A stretch of DNA of 64,000 bases from Eledone cirrhosa (taxonomy: Eukaryota), in assembly GCA_964016885.1 (NCBI GenBank), contig OZ024741.1:38254001-38318000 (forward strand), in the 5' to 3' direction. The notes below the pieces were generated by a model, which worked only from the letters and a program-made list of their open reading frames with translations, was not told the origin of the DNA and did no database searches. Shown here in pieces: positions 30,730 through 48,551 of the stretch. Positions within the stretch are counted from its first letter, which is position 1. Every line of letters starts with the position of its first letter. The position numbers were made by a program, and so were the translations under genes.

Positions 30730-31100
30730 TAATTCTTTCTAATATTGGCACAAGGTTAGCAATTTGGGGAAAAGAGAAAGTCGATTATATTTGTCGCTAG
30801 TATTTAACTGGTATTTTATTGTATCGACCTCGGAAGGATGTATGCAACCTCGTCGAAATTTAAACCCAGAACGTAGAAATCGTAAGTAAATATTGGTTTC
30901 TTATATATAGGCACAGGGCCAGCAATTTTGGGGAAGGGGCAAGTCGATTAAATCGAACTCAGTGAGTGACTGGTACTTTATTTTATCGACCCTATAGGGA
31001 TGAAAGGCAAAGTTGACCTCGGCGGGATTTGAACTCAGACCAGAAAGGGCCGTAACTCTTTGTTGGTCCGACCCACTACCGATACTGCCAATCCATTGCA
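30730..31100 (-). mobile_element. Two adjacent SINE A-related copies (30730-30880 diverged; 30895-31100)
   Basis: ggatgaaaggcaaagttgacctcggcgggatttgaactc. Confidence 0.8.
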
Positions 31101-31424
31101 AAGCAATTTTTCTAACGTTCTAACAGCTCTGCCAATCCACGTGATGCTCAATGATGCTCTACCTTGGCTAACAGCTCGCTTACATCAGAATAAATCTGGG
31201 GCTTAACATCAACAATAGCAACTTAGCTGTTCGAGGATAAGAAATCCTTAAAATAAGTACCAGAATTTAAAACCCCAACAAATAATAAATACTGGGGTCA
31301 ATATGATCGATTAAAATCCCTCCAAGAAGTGAGAATAAAAGAATACTTAAGCAAAATCAGATTTTGTATCTTGTAACATACATTACGTAACGATATGTTC
31401 GGCATTAATAATTCACTGCTAGAA

Positions 31425-31748
31425 CAAAACAAGAAACACCACCACCACAAACACCACAACTAAAATACCAAAAACAACAACAAAAACAACAACACCACCA
31501 CCACCACCAACAAAAACAACAACAACAACACCACCACCAACAAAAACAAGAACAACACCACCACCAATAACAACAACAAAATCAATAACACCACCACCAG
31601 CAACAAAAACAAGAACACCACCAACAACAAAAACAAGAACAAGAACAACAAAAACAACAACACCAACAAAAAAAACAACACCACCAACAACAAAAACAAC
31701 AACACCAACAACAACAAAAACAACAACAACACCAACAACAACAAACTA
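31425..31748. repeat. (CAA/CAC)n low-complexity trinucleotide tract
   Basis: Visible; the poly-Leu/Val ORF is an artefact. Confidence 0.9.
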
Positions 31749-32275
31749 CATTTAAGAAACCAATTACGAGGGAATCGAGAACTACAAGATCGAATGTTTT
31801 CTTTCACCCACCCCCAAATAACCACCCCGATCACAAAAAAAAAACCCAAAAGACCCCCAAAAAATCACAAATAAAAAAAAATGAATTAACAAAATTCTTT
31901 AAAAAAAAAAAACAACAACAACACATTAGGACGGAATAAAAGAAAATAAATAAACAAATAAACAAATAATTAAATAAATAAAAACATGGCTCACAAATAT
32001 TACTAAATAAACATAAGTCGGCTATTTCGTATATAAAGATGTATATATATATATTTTCATTGGTTGAAAATTAATACAGGCCAATCTAGATTTCTATTTA
32101 GAGTTGAACACATTTAAAATGAATACAAAGCATTATCCTCTTTTACGGTCTAACCGGCTTTTCAAGTTTCATTATATCTAAGGAGGTTGTGCATGACTGG
32201 CCGCTACCTTAGGCAAACTTGTCATTATAAGTGACTTAGATATGTAAATGCGTATGTGTGTATGTGTGTGTGTAT

Positions 32276-32332
<57 letters not shown>

Positions 32333-32422
32333 TCAAACACACAAACACACGTATATACGTTATGTGTGTGTGTATATATGTATATATATTTATATATATA
32401 TATCTATCTATCTATCTATCTA

Positions 32423-32721
32423 AGGCGGGTAAAATTCCCGAGATCCATGGACGAGTTCTCTCCAGCGGACTCTGTCCCTCATTATCGCTGCCATATCCTG
32501 CATCTCCAACAGACCAGTGTCTGTCCTTAGGGCATCAACATATGTTAATGCTGTGTGGGTCTGAGACTCACTCAGATGGTGGATGGGTGCTACTCGAGAA
32601 TGCTGAGGATGGCTCTGAACATTAATCAGTATACACTGAGGATGAAAAACTCAGAGCTGTATGGGAGCATCCCAAAAGTCAGCTCAAGAGTGACACAGAG
32701 AAGACTGAGGTTGGTTGGACA
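32423..32721 (+). mobile_element. RTE-clade LINE fragment (RT C-terminal region)
   Basis: [15 protein letters not shown]...[25 protein letters not shown] resembles the RTE C-terminal motif. Confidence 0.65.
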
Positions 32722-32780
32722 TATATATATAAGTATATATATATATATATACTTATATATATATAAATATATATATATAA

Positions 32781-32826
<46 letters not shown>

Positions 32827-32888
32827 TTATATATATATAAGTATATATATATATATATACTTATATATATATAAATATATATATATAA

Positions 32889-32926
<38 letters not shown>

Positions 32927-32962
32927 TTATATATATATATAAGTATATATATATATAAGTAT

Positions 32963-33158
32963 ATAGGAACGAGTAGGACCCCGACGGATGAGCTCAAGCC
33001 GTTTCGACGGCTAATTCTGGACCAGAATTAGCCGTCGAAACGGCTTGAGCTCAGCCGTCGGGGTCCTACTCGTTCCTATTACCCACTCTACTACCCTAAG
33101 TATTGATTACTTTGGTGCGTTATGGTCCATCTGGTTCCTTACCACATTTCCTTCGTTA
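32963..33158 (+). repeat. Copy of the 140-nt fold-back family (arms 32963-33020/33022-33079)
   Basis: ataggaacgagtaggacc...aattctgg-a-ccagaatt...ggtcctactcgttcctat. Confidence 0.85.
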
Positions 33159-33205
33159 TATAAGTATATATATATAACTATATATATATATAAGTATATA
33201 TATAA

Positions 33206-33272
<67 letters not shown>

Positions 33273-33775
33273 GAATAGCTTTCACCGTATTTTTTTGACT
33301 AAAGGAATTTTAGCCTGATAATGGGGTTGAAAACATACTTTCAAAACATACTTACTTGATATATATATATATAAGTATATATATATATATATATATGTAG
33401 AAGTTCTATTTAAATTGTTGGGATACAACAACCAAATATTTTTATAACTGATATAAAGCACTCAACAAATTATTGGAGTAAAAATACGATATATTAACAA
33501 ATGGAAAGTATATTTATAAAACTATATTTATTTCATTATACTTATTTCAAGGACACCAAGTTAAATTATGGTGTGCTTTCATCAGATAAAATATAATATA
33601 GATCAGTTTTATAAATAAATATTGACATACCCTTAAAGAATGCGACCATTTCTGTTGGAAGCTCCGGGAGCTTCCAAATATGGTTTTATAAATATAGTTT
33701 CCATTTATTAATATATCGTATAGATATATATATATAATTGTATATATATATATAATTGTATATATATATATATAA

Positions 33776-33810
<35 letters not shown>

Positions 33811-33844
33811 TATATATATATATATATAATTGTATATATCCACG

Positions 33845-34030
33845 GGTGTGGATTGGCAGGATCTGTAGAGAGTCGGACGCCATGCTTTCCACCATAGTTA
33901 CGTCCCTTTACGGTCTGAGTTCAAATCCCGTCGAGGTTAACTTTGCCTTTCATCCTAACGGGGTCGATAAAATAAAGTACCAGTAATGTACTGGTCATTG
34001 ATGGCCTTGTGCCAAAAGTAGAAACAATTA
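33845..34030 (+). mobile_element. SINE family A
   Basis: Same consensus as 20700. Confidence 0.9.
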
Positions 34031-34039
34031 TATATATAT

Positions 34040-34841
34040 ATACTAAAGGAATCATTTTCCTACACACACACACAATATATATATATTCTCTTCATCTAAC
34101 ATGCTAACCATACTCCCACACACACATTACACCCATACACACACATAACAACCCCCACATACACACAACTCCCTCCCCTATTTCTACTAATATAATCACT
34201 TTCCTACACACATATATACACACACACAAAATATATATATTCTCTCCATCTTAACATACTCCCACACACACACACACACATAACACCCATACACACACAC
34301 ACACAACTCCCTCCCCCATTTCTACTAATAGAATCATCTTCCAATACACACACACAAGTACACAAATAAACATACATATCTTTACTCTCTTTATTTCAAT
34401 AGAAAATCTGAATTCTGACACCCCAGCGAACTAAGCATATTCACTGAACCAGAACAATTCTCCCATCCCATTTCTCCTGACCATTATGTTTGGATTGGCA
34501 GTATCGGTAGAGGGTCGGACGCCATGCTTTGACGCATAGAGTTACCGCCCTTGCCATTCTGAGTTCAAATCCCGCCGAGGTTAACTTTGCCTTTCATCCT
34601 TACGGGGTCGATAAAATAAGGTACTAGTAATGCACTGGGATAATTGCTGGCCTTGTGCCAAAAAGTAGAAACAATTGTCAAAAAATTCTCTAAAAAGGCT
34701 ACAGAATAGATTTCCATATACGGGCGCATAATTTAATGAAATCTTGTTCACGTGACAGCCATAATTTCATTTATAGCCAATCAAATTACGTTTATAAAAA
34801 AAACCTTCGTGAGCCACTTTTTTTAAAGTAAAAATAAATTC

Positions 34842-34920
<79 letters not shown>

Positions 34921-35589
34921 ACACAAGCACACAAATAAACATACATATCTTTACATTCTTTATTTCAATAGAAAATCTGAATTCTGACACCCCAGCGAAC
35001 TAACCATGTTCACTGAACCAGAACAATTCTCCCATCCCATTTCTCCTGACCATTATCTTTTGCTTGTCATAAAATTCTCTAAAAAGGCTACAGAATAGAT
35101 TTCCAAATAAGGGCGCGAAATTTAATGAAAACTTGTTCACGTGACAGCGTAATTTCATTTATAACCAATCAAATTACGTTTATTAAAAAAAAGCCTTCGT
35201 GAAAAGAAATTCAAACACTCATATATAAAAAAACAACTTGTGATACCCCCTCCCCCTTGTTTGAAGAACTTTGTAACGCGAACTGGCGCAAAATTTATTA
35301 TAATTATTGACCAACCAATCAAATTACTTCGGGCCACTTTTTTCCATATAAAACAAGTGACATTCAAAGACCAACCAGATGTGAGAAAAACCACAGACTC
35401 TCCATCTCAACTCTACTTTTGAAAAGGAGAAGAACTGCGAAACCGGTAAAGGAACCAAATAAATATATATATTTATTTAAAAATAAGACTCCAGTTGCAT
35501 TTTCGATTTCATTTTTTTTTCTTTATACTTTCACTCGTGTAGGACACCTCGGTTATTTTTCATTTTGTAAAAAAACCCTCACATTTTAA

Positions 35590-35590
<1 letters not shown>
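34040..35590. mobile_element. Second copy of the tandem-unit/(CA)n repeat (compare 10203-11503), containing a SINE A insertion at 34491-34676
   Basis: Shared units and terminal segment; the SINE interrupts ccattat...ttgtca. Confidence 0.75.
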
Positions 35591-36794
<1,204 letters not shown>

Positions 36795-36927
36795 TAATTT
36801 TGAATCTTATTGTACAATAATAGTATAACATAATATATGTCACATCCATCCCACACTGTTGTCCACAATATGTATCTGTATGATTCTTCAGCGGAATACG
36901 AAGCTGATTATGTACAAATATTATTAA

Positions 36928-37035
36928 TAATTGTTTCTACTTTAGGCAAAAGGCCAGAAATTAACCAGTGCATTACTGGTACTTTATTTTATCGACCCCG
37001 TAAGGATGAAAGGCAAAGTCAACCTCGGCGGGATT
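36928..37035 (-). mobile_element. SINE family A, 5'-truncated
   Basis: Consensus 3' half. Confidence 0.85.
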
Positions 37036-37040
37036 AATAA

Positions 37041-37087
37041 TGCTCCGAAGACTCGAAGCCTAGGCTTGGAAAAAACAATTGTCAGCA
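37041..37087 (+). ncRNA. Degenerate hammerhead motif
   Basis: tgct-CCGAAGA-ctcgaagcctaggcttgga-AAAAA-caattg-TC-agca; same acaattgt palindrome as at 19550. Confidence 0.4.
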
Positions 37088-37173
37088 ATTAAATGTTCTA
37101 ACATAGCTTTGATTCTTGTGTATTGTATATATATATGTATAATATATGTATATATATATATATATATATATAC

Positions 37174-37309
<136 letters not shown>

Positions 37310-37311
37310 TT

Positions 37312-37357
<46 letters not shown>

Positions 37358-37494
37358 AAGACAGAGAAGAGGGGTGGGGGCGAGAAAAAACTTGTACTGA
37401 GAGACACTGTATTTAGAAATCGGTCAGAATTCAGAAAATAAACGATATAAATATGAGAGAGAAAGAGATAGATAGATAGATAGACAGAGAGAAG

Positions 37495-37603
<109 letters not shown>

Positions 37604-37893
37604 TGAGAGGACCATCGTGATATCAAAAGTAATTCATAGAATTAAGCTTCAAAAGAGTTTCCTAGCAATATGTATGGTGACCTTATTATGGGAGCGAGCT
37701 TAATTTTAGTAACTGTTTCCAAGTGTTTTACGCGTTACTTAAATATAAGTAAATTAAGGCAAATTGATATCAGTGGGTGGTGGTCTTTAGATATATAACT
37801 ATGTATATGTTTGTATATATATATATACGTATATACACACACAAATACATACATTCAAATTACATACATACATATATATATATAATTTGTATG

Positions 37894-37937
<44 letters not shown>

Positions 37938-37963
37938 ATTATATATATATATGTAATTTGTAT

Positions 37964-38004
<41 letters not shown>

Positions 38005-38021
38005 ATTTGTATGTATGTGTG

Positions 38022-38075
<54 letters not shown>

Positions 38076-38139
38076 TATATACATACAAATTACATATATA
38101 CATATATATATAATTATATATGTATTTAATTTGTATGTA

Positions 38140-38192
<53 letters not shown>

Positions 38193-38206
38193 ATACAAAT
38201 TACATA

Positions 38207-38246
<40 letters not shown>

Positions 38247-38427
38247 CACACACATGTGTGTGTGTTGCTTTCGTCTGTGAGTGTATGTGTGCCGTGTATG
38301 TGTACATACGCACGTAAGCATCTAACAGTCTCAATGTATGTGCATAATCTCACCGTTTTACATACACACACACGACACATTATATATATATATACACACA
38401 CACACATATATATACACACATATATTT

Positions 38428-38460
<33 letters not shown>

Positions 38461-38492
38461 TTTATATATACACACATTTATATACACACATT

Positions 38493-38542
<50 letters not shown>

Positions 38543-39049
38543 AATATATAAAAACACATGTATATGCATACTTCATATCTACATTCGCCATGTATACATA
38601 CCTCACTCGATGTGAACAGAGACATGCTTGGCGTGGGAGACTATTCATTGAATGTGCCATCTATACCTTCCCCAACATTGTTGCTACAGCCATCAGCTTT
38701 GTTAAATAACTGGTTATTCTTCTCAGTCTATTGACTGAAGTAATCTTTTATTCGAGATCGCCGCCATATTCGTTTGAAACCTTAATTCACTATACAGAGA
38801 ACCACTACAAACAATACGACTGTACACAACAACATTATTAGCAAAAATTAGAAAAGAACTGATGAAAAATACAAACAAACAAACAAACAAACTGTAGTTA
38901 TCCATCCATGGGCGCTAAATTATTGGTAGATATGTATTAGGCGATGACATGATATACGTCTTGGTGGCATTTATACTTGGAAGAATCCATCTTTCTTCAG
39001 ATTAACACAGCCGATTACAGAGAGAGAGAAAGAGCGAGAGCGAGAGAGT

Positions 39050-39158
<109 letters not shown>

Positions 39159-39495
39159 CTTTGTCGTGTGGGTAACCATAGTTAAAAAAGGTACTCAATA
39201 CGTTGGTAGAGTATAGGCATCTTTATTGTATATATAGAAATGTCCTCTGAAACAGTTATTGTCATGTAGAAGCCATTTCTATATATATAGTAAATATATA
39301 TTTATATATATAATAAATAAATATATATATATATAATAAATAAATATATATATATATAATAAATATATATATATATAATATATATATATATATAATAAAG
39401 ATATATATATATTATATGAAAATACTCTTTTCATATTACCCACTCTACTACCCCAAGTATCGAGTACTCTTGTGCGTTATGGTCCACCCTCTTTG

Positions 39496-39537
<42 letters not shown>

Positions 39538-39641
39538 GAGAAGATGGCGAAGGACCGTGACGAATGGAGAGATGAATAGGACCCGTAACACCTTTGCAAG
39601 CAGGGAAAAGCGGACGTAAATTGATGATGATATATACATAC

Positions 39642-39710
<69 letters not shown>

Positions 39711-39771
39711 TATATATATATTTATTAAAATAACAGATTAATGTTTAAGCAAAGAATCGCTGCTTTCACCC

Positions 39772-39875
<104 letters not shown>

Positions 39876-39877
39876 TA

Positions 39878-40665
39878 TGAGAATAAATGTGCTGCGTGGT
39901 TGCTAGTGGGTTACATATGAATAAAGTTAGTCCTTCATCAGTGATCTTCCAACCATCATTGGTATTTCATCGCTTTAAAGACCATATACCTCCGGTTGGT
40001 GCGAGCAACGGCTAAAAAAAGTCGTTGGGACACGTAAATAAATGGGACACGAGTGTAAACAAACAAAGATGGTGAAGCAACGAAAAATGAGGAAGAAGGA
40101 GTCAAGTCCCAAATTTCTATGAATTTAAATTCGGTGAAATCGTGAACGCGAGAGAATAAAGACCATCAAACCTGGTTGGAATGTGAGCAAGGAAGGAATT
40201 CCGTACAGGTCTAACAGGAGGAAGAAGGGATCTAGTCTGTGAATTCGGTGAACGTAAGTTCTGTGAAATCGTAGACGAGAGAGAGAAAAAAAGCGACCTG
40301 CCAGACCAAGGGTGCGAAAGAAAAGAATTACGCACAGGTCAAACGGGAAGAAGGAGGAGGAGGAGAGGTAGTAACAGAGAATGAGTGAGTGAAGGGTGAG
40401 GAAGAGGCTAACAGAGAGTGTGACTGCTAGAGAGGGTAAAGATACAGAGAAAGAGGAAGCAGTAAGAACGAAATAGACGGGTCACAGCGGGGAAAAAAAT
40501 ATGTGTAAATATGAGAATAAACGTGCTGCGTGGTTGCTAATGGGTTACATATGAATAAAGTTAGTCCTTTATCAGTGATCTTCCAACCATCATTTCATCG
40601 CTTTAAAGACCATATACCTCCGGTTGGTGCGAGCAACGGCTAAAAAAAGTCGTTGGGACACGTAT
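39878..40665 (-). repeat. Partial tandem (about 633-bp period) pLTR-like repeat
   Basis: 39878-40035 is repeated at 40511-40664; related to 7990-8200. Confidence 0.7.
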
Positions 40666-40688
40666 ACATATACATATATATAAAAGGA

Positions 40689-40905
40689 ACGATCGACTTT
40701 CGTCAAATCGGACCGAGGGAACAATGTTTCCGTTGGTCTTTCCAATTGCTAATACTATCTATCGGTCGCAACTCCAGGTAGAAGGAGCAACGTGAAATAA
40801 AATGTCTTGCTCAAGGACATAACGCATCGACCGGTCCATGAATCGAACTCACAACCTTACGATTGCAAATCCGATTCTCTAACCACTCAGCCACACGCCT
40901 TCACT
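40689..40905 (-). mobile_element. SINE family B
   Basis: Reverse complement of 26651-26852; followed by an inverted partial head at 40906-40935. Confidence 0.85.
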
Positions 40906-41350
40906 TTAGTGAAGGCTGAGTAGTTAGAGAATTGAAATATATATATATATATATATATATATTTTTTTGTTCTGCAACCCCATGCATTGAACCACAAAGT
41001 TACTAAGACAAAACCTATATATTTGCTAGCATTGTTATGCATCTGTATGTATATATATGTTACTAGATATTAATTCTTTATAATTATCTCCAAATTATTT
41101 GTCGAGCAATATTGGCCAAGACTGCTGCTATGGTAGCAGGCAGGCCGCTGTCTTATTAGCAAACCACTTTCCACTGATTGACCTCGATGTCACGTGATTG
41201 ATTCTTTTTGGATTTGCCACCGACGCAGAAGCAGTGATTTTCTCAATGGCTAGGAATTCAGTCCACGCTTTGCTATTTTCTACCCACTGAATTATTTTTG
41301 AATAAGTTTCCAGAGTCCACGCTTTGCCTGGATACTTAGCTGAGAATAGT

Positions 41351-41430
41351 CTTCCCTGACGACGAAATGATTCTCCATGTTTTCTTCGGAAAGTATATTT
41401 ATTCCATTTCAGAAACTAATTAGTTGGAAG
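41351..41430 (+). ncRNA. Hammerhead ribozyme motif in pLTR fragment 40975-41480
   Basis: cttcc-CTGACGA-cgaaatg...catttc-a-GAAA-ctaattag-TT-ggaag; perfect stem I, palindromic stem III. Confidence 0.65.
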
Positions 41431-41476
41431 TGATATTTTAGTAAGTAAGTTATTTTATAATTTTCTTATTTTACGA

Positions 41477-41519
<43 letters not shown>

Positions 41520-41636
41520 AAGTTGAAAAAAATGAAAACGAAATTTCATTTCTAACTCTTAGTATGGCACTTACTTAAATGTAAGTATGTATGTATACGT
41601 ACATACATATATGTATACAGACGTACAGTAGCATGC

Positions 41637-41669
<33 letters not shown>

Positions 41670-42017
41670 TATACACATATGCATACAGGTACACATACAT
41701 ATATGCACGCATCAGTTTAGCCGACGTTTATTATAACGCCTGCTTTGTTCGTTTGTTTGTCAACAAATCGAACAGCCTGAATTTATGCCATACGGTGTTA
41801 AGGCAACCACGTCACCTTTTTGTTCAACACTGACACAGGAACGATGTACTAGTTTCAAGCTTGTTAGCTATCATCAGCACCGTTTACCCATCTGCCAGAT
41901 AGTTGAACGTTCGAAAGTATATACTTTCCTTATGAAAATTAACGGCTGAGCAGCCTAATTTGCATATTGAGTGAGTTAAATCGGTCAGGCATACCGAAAA
42001 CGATAAGTTGAAAAAAA

Positions 42018-43705
<1,688 letters not shown>

Positions 43706-44176
43706 TTTCTGAATTTGTTTAGCAAGATTCTTTATCTGAAATTGTGTGTTGAAACCGATATTGTTATACTTTGGGAGGGTCATGTTGCCAATAAGAAACA
43801 CACGCACCAGTTGCTTTCACTTCAATTTATTATATATTTATAAATTTACAAATCTACAAACCTATAAATTTCTGGTTGGTTGGTTGGTTCCACAACCAGA
43901 TAGTTGTTTATATATATAGTCATAGTCCTTTTGTCACACACTCTGTGACCTCTTCAGTGACTGGGGATTCCTTTCTTCGTTTCTGTGCCTTTTCTTTCTT
44001 CTATCCTACGCCATTTTGTTTCTGTGTGTGTGTTGTGTGCTCAGTTTGCGCATGTGCCACATCCGGGTGTCTGTGTGTGTTTGTGTTCATTTTTCTATTT
44101 GTTTATTTATTTATTGTTGGTTGGTTGTTTGTTCTATGTGTGTGTGTGTTTACATTTTGTCCTGTGTGTGTTTTCG

Positions 44177-46072
44177 GCGTTGTATGGGCTTAGAAAAGAC
44201 CATAAAACGGGCTGGGACCCTGTCACGGGACCACCAACACGACCGGTCTGTGGGGCTAACATTGCTAGTAACTACAGACTGTCCTACTTCCTCTCCCTGA
44301 TCATACGCCCCATCATTGAGGTGTCCTCAGATGTGTGTGACAGCACGGAGGACCTCCTCAGCAGAATCGGCGCGGGTAACCGATCTGGGGACCTAACAAA
44401 CTGCATAATAGGCAGTATGGATGTTGTGTCCCTGTATCCATCTATTGACGTGGATTTTGCTGTGGAGAAATGCGTAGAAATGATCAGCGAGAGCAAGGTT
44501 GAGTTCCGTGGGATTGATACCAGTGAGCTGGGACTTCTACTTAAGCTTACCCATAGTAATAGTTACCTAGACACTTATGACCTTAGCAACCTGTGCCCTA
44601 CAAGACCAGCAAGAGGCAGACCACCTACCATTACCTCAATGGCCAAGAAAACCCACACAGATAGACGGAACGGGTGGACCAGAGCCATACGGACACCCGA
44701 AAACCACGATGAACTGAAGAAAATGATTGCACATGCGGTAGGGGCCAGCATAAAATTAACCCTTAAGGAACATATGTTCAAATTTAATGGCAAAACATAT
44801 GCCCAAGAGGAAGGAGCAGCCATTGGTGTTAGCATTGCAGGCGACATAGCTAACTTATTCATTGTATGGTGGGACAGTAGACTTAAACAAAAACTTAATG
44901 AACAATTAGAAGACAGCTTAACCCTGATAATGTACTCCCGCTACGTAGATGATATAAACATCGTAGTTAAGACACCCCCACTAAAGAACAGTCAGGAACT
45001 AGAGAAAAACACAATGGAAAGCATCCAGCAAATAGCAAACTCCATCCACCAGAGCATTAGAGTTACTATAGACTACCCAAGTAGACACCCCAACCATCGA
45101 TTACCTGTACTAGACACAGAGCTCTGGTTAGATACCATTAACAACCAAAAACAAATCCTCCATTCCCATTATGCCAAACCCATGACTTCCAAACATCTGA
45201 TCCACCGAAACTCGGCCATTTCGGACCATACCAAAATCAACATACTGATTGCGGATTTGGTACGGGTGATGAGAAATGTGTCCCGCATGTGCACCCCCGA
45301 AGAACTAGAGAGACACATACAACACTTCATCTACCGTATGCAGTTCTCTGGCTACAATCAGAGAGATAGAATCAGAGTGTATAAAGGAGCCAGAACCAAA
45401 TGGGAAAAAATGGTAAATAATGACATAAATGGGACCTGCCCCTTGTATAGGAGCAAATTTTGGAATAGAATAGAAAGAACTAGGAACAAGGCCAATAAAA
45501 TAAACTCATGGTATGATTGCAATAAATACCAGAGTGTAATGTTCATCAATACAACCCCTAGAGGCGAACTAGCCTACAAATTTAGAAGGGCCCTAAATAA
45601 ACATAACCTCAATATTAAGATAGTAGAAAGACCTGGTACCTCCGTAAAAACACTTATTAGCAAGACATACCCGTTCCAAAGACCCTCATGTATAGATAAG
45701 AAATGTATAACCTGTAAAATAAGCCCCCATATTAACTGTAAAACTAGAAATGTAGTGTATAGCATAAGATGTACTGAAGGACAATGTAGAAACAAAAATA
45801 TAGTGTACATAGGTGAGACAGCTCGTAGTATAGGGGAACGAATAAATGAACACTGGCGAGACCTCCAAGATAATAAAGAATCATCTGTGCTCTACCAACA
45901 TGCTAAGATGGAACACAGGGGTAGATTAGAGAGCATAGAAATAAAAATAGAATCCACGCACAGAAAAGATGCAATGTTTAGGCAAATTACAGAGGCAGTA
46001 AGCATAAAAGAATTAAAACCAAAATTAAATAGAAAATATGAGTGGAACAGCAACATCACAACTTACAATTAA
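44177..46072 (+). CDS. Penelope-like reverse transcriptase + GIY-YIG endonuclease (5'-truncated, uninterrupted)
   Basis: [42 protein letters not shown]; Cys linker CITC..C; NVVYSIRC...[16 protein letters not shown]. The first 64 aa of the listed ORF come from the inverted pLTR. Confidence 0.92.
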   Translation, partial: ALYGLRKDHKTGWDPVTGPPTRPVCGANIASNYRLSYFLSLIIRPIIEVSSDVCDSTEDLLSRIGAGNRSGDLTNCIIGSMDVVSLYPSIDVDFAVEKCVEMISESKVEFRGIDTSELGLLLKLTHSNSYLDTYDLSNLCPTRPARGRPPTITSMAKKTHTDRRNGWTRAIRTPENHDELKKMIAHAVGASIKLTLKEHMFKFNGKTYAQEEGAAIGVSIAGDIANLFIVWWDSRLKQKLNEQLEDSLTLIMYSRYVDDINIVVKTPPLKNSQELEKNTMESIQQIANSIHQSIRVTIDYPSRHPNHRLPVLDTELWLDTINNQKQILHSHYAKPMTSKHLIHRNSAISDHTKINILIADLVRVMRNVSRMCTPEELERHIQHFIYRMQFSGYNQRDRIRVYKGARTKWEKMVNNDINGTCPLYRSKFWNRIERTRNKANKINSWYDCNKYQSVMFINTTPRGELAYKFRRALNKHNLNIKIVERPGTSVKTLISKTYPFQRPSCIDKKCITCKISPHINCKTRNVVYSIRCTEGQCRNKNIVYIGETARSIGERINEHWRDLQDNKESSVLYQHAKMEHRGRLESIEIKIESTHRKDAMFRQITEAVSIKELKPKLNRKYEWNSNITTYN

Positions 46073-46349
46073 GGACAAAATGAAAACACACACACACAGA
46101 GAACAAACAACTTACAATTGAAAACACACACAAAATGAAAACACACACAGGACAAAATGTAAACACACACACACATAGAACAAACAACCAACCAACAATA
46201 AATAAATAAACAAATAGAAAAATGAACACAAACACACACAGACACCCGGATGTGGCACATGCGCAAACTGAGCACACAACACACACACAGAAACAAAATG
46301 GCGTAGGATAGAAGAAAGAAAAGGCACAGAAACGAAGAAAGCAATCCCC

Positions 46350-46394
46350 AGTCACTGAAGAGGTCACAGAGTGTGTGACGAAAGGACTATGACT
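46350..46394 (+). ncRNA. Minimal hammerhead ribozyme in the 3' pLTR
   Basis: agtca-CTGAAGA-ggtcaca-gagtg-tgtgac-GAAA-ggac-TA-tgact; the inverted copy (about 43918-43962) has GAAA changed to AAAA. Confidence 0.7.
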
Positions 46395-46554
46395 ATATAT
46401 ATAAACAACTATCTGGTTGTGGAACCAACCAACCAACCAGAAATTTATAGGTTTGTAGATTTGTAAATTTATAAATTTATAAATATATAATAAATTGAAG
46501 TGAAAGCAACTGGTGCGTGTGTTTCTTATTGGCAACATGACCCTCCCAAAGTAT

Positions 46555-46623
<69 letters not shown>

Positions 46624-46646
46624 TATATACATATATATATATATAC

Positions 46647-46769
<123 letters not shown>

Positions 46770-46792
46770 TATATACATATATATATATATAC

Positions 46793-47048
<256 letters not shown>

Positions 47049-47049
47049 A

Positions 47050-47342
47050 AAAAAAAAAAATGGCGTAGACATACAACACAACAGGAGGAACAATGAATAT
47101 AACACCACTGACGATGTTGCAGATGTGCCAACGAAAGATTTATGTAAACTATATATATATGTGTTTGTCTATATTGTATCTGTATTATTTTTGACCGCCG
47201 GTCAGTCAATGGCAACATTGAGGACCGAGTAAGTTAGATCGCAGATATATATATATAAAAGACAGCGAGAAGCGAAAACCAACCAAACAGTGAGTGTGTT
47301 CTGTTATTAATTCTGGCAATATTACGCAAATATGACCCTCCC

Positions 47343-47346
<4 letters not shown>
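47050..47346 (+). mobile_element. Solo pLTR of a related Penelope family (inverse relative at about 12045-12480)
   Basis: Ends atgaccctccccaaa like the pLTR at 46540; shares tctgttattaattctggcaatattac with the reverse complement of about 12070-12100. Confidence 0.65.
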
Positions 47347-48470
<1,124 letters not shown>

Positions 48471-48551
48471 TAAGTCCAGAATTAGCCGTCGAAACGGCTT
48501 GAGCTCAGCTGTCGGGGTCTTACTGGTTCCTATTACCCACTCTACTACCCC

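Larger units (their letters stand above)
43760..46560 (+). mobile_element. Penelope-like retroelement, 5'-truncated, with inverted pLTRs (43760-44175/46137-46560)
   Basis: About 420-bp near-identical inverted repeats flank an RT-GIY-YIG ORF; the element sits in (TA)n. Confidence 0.93.

Noticed and set aside
31460-31849. Hydrophobic membrane-protein ORF
   Set aside because: Reverse translation of the (CAA/CAC)n tract.
43985-44176. Hydrophobic N-terminus of the Penelope ORF as a signal or TM region
   Set aside because: Read-through of the inverted pLTR, not part of the native protein.
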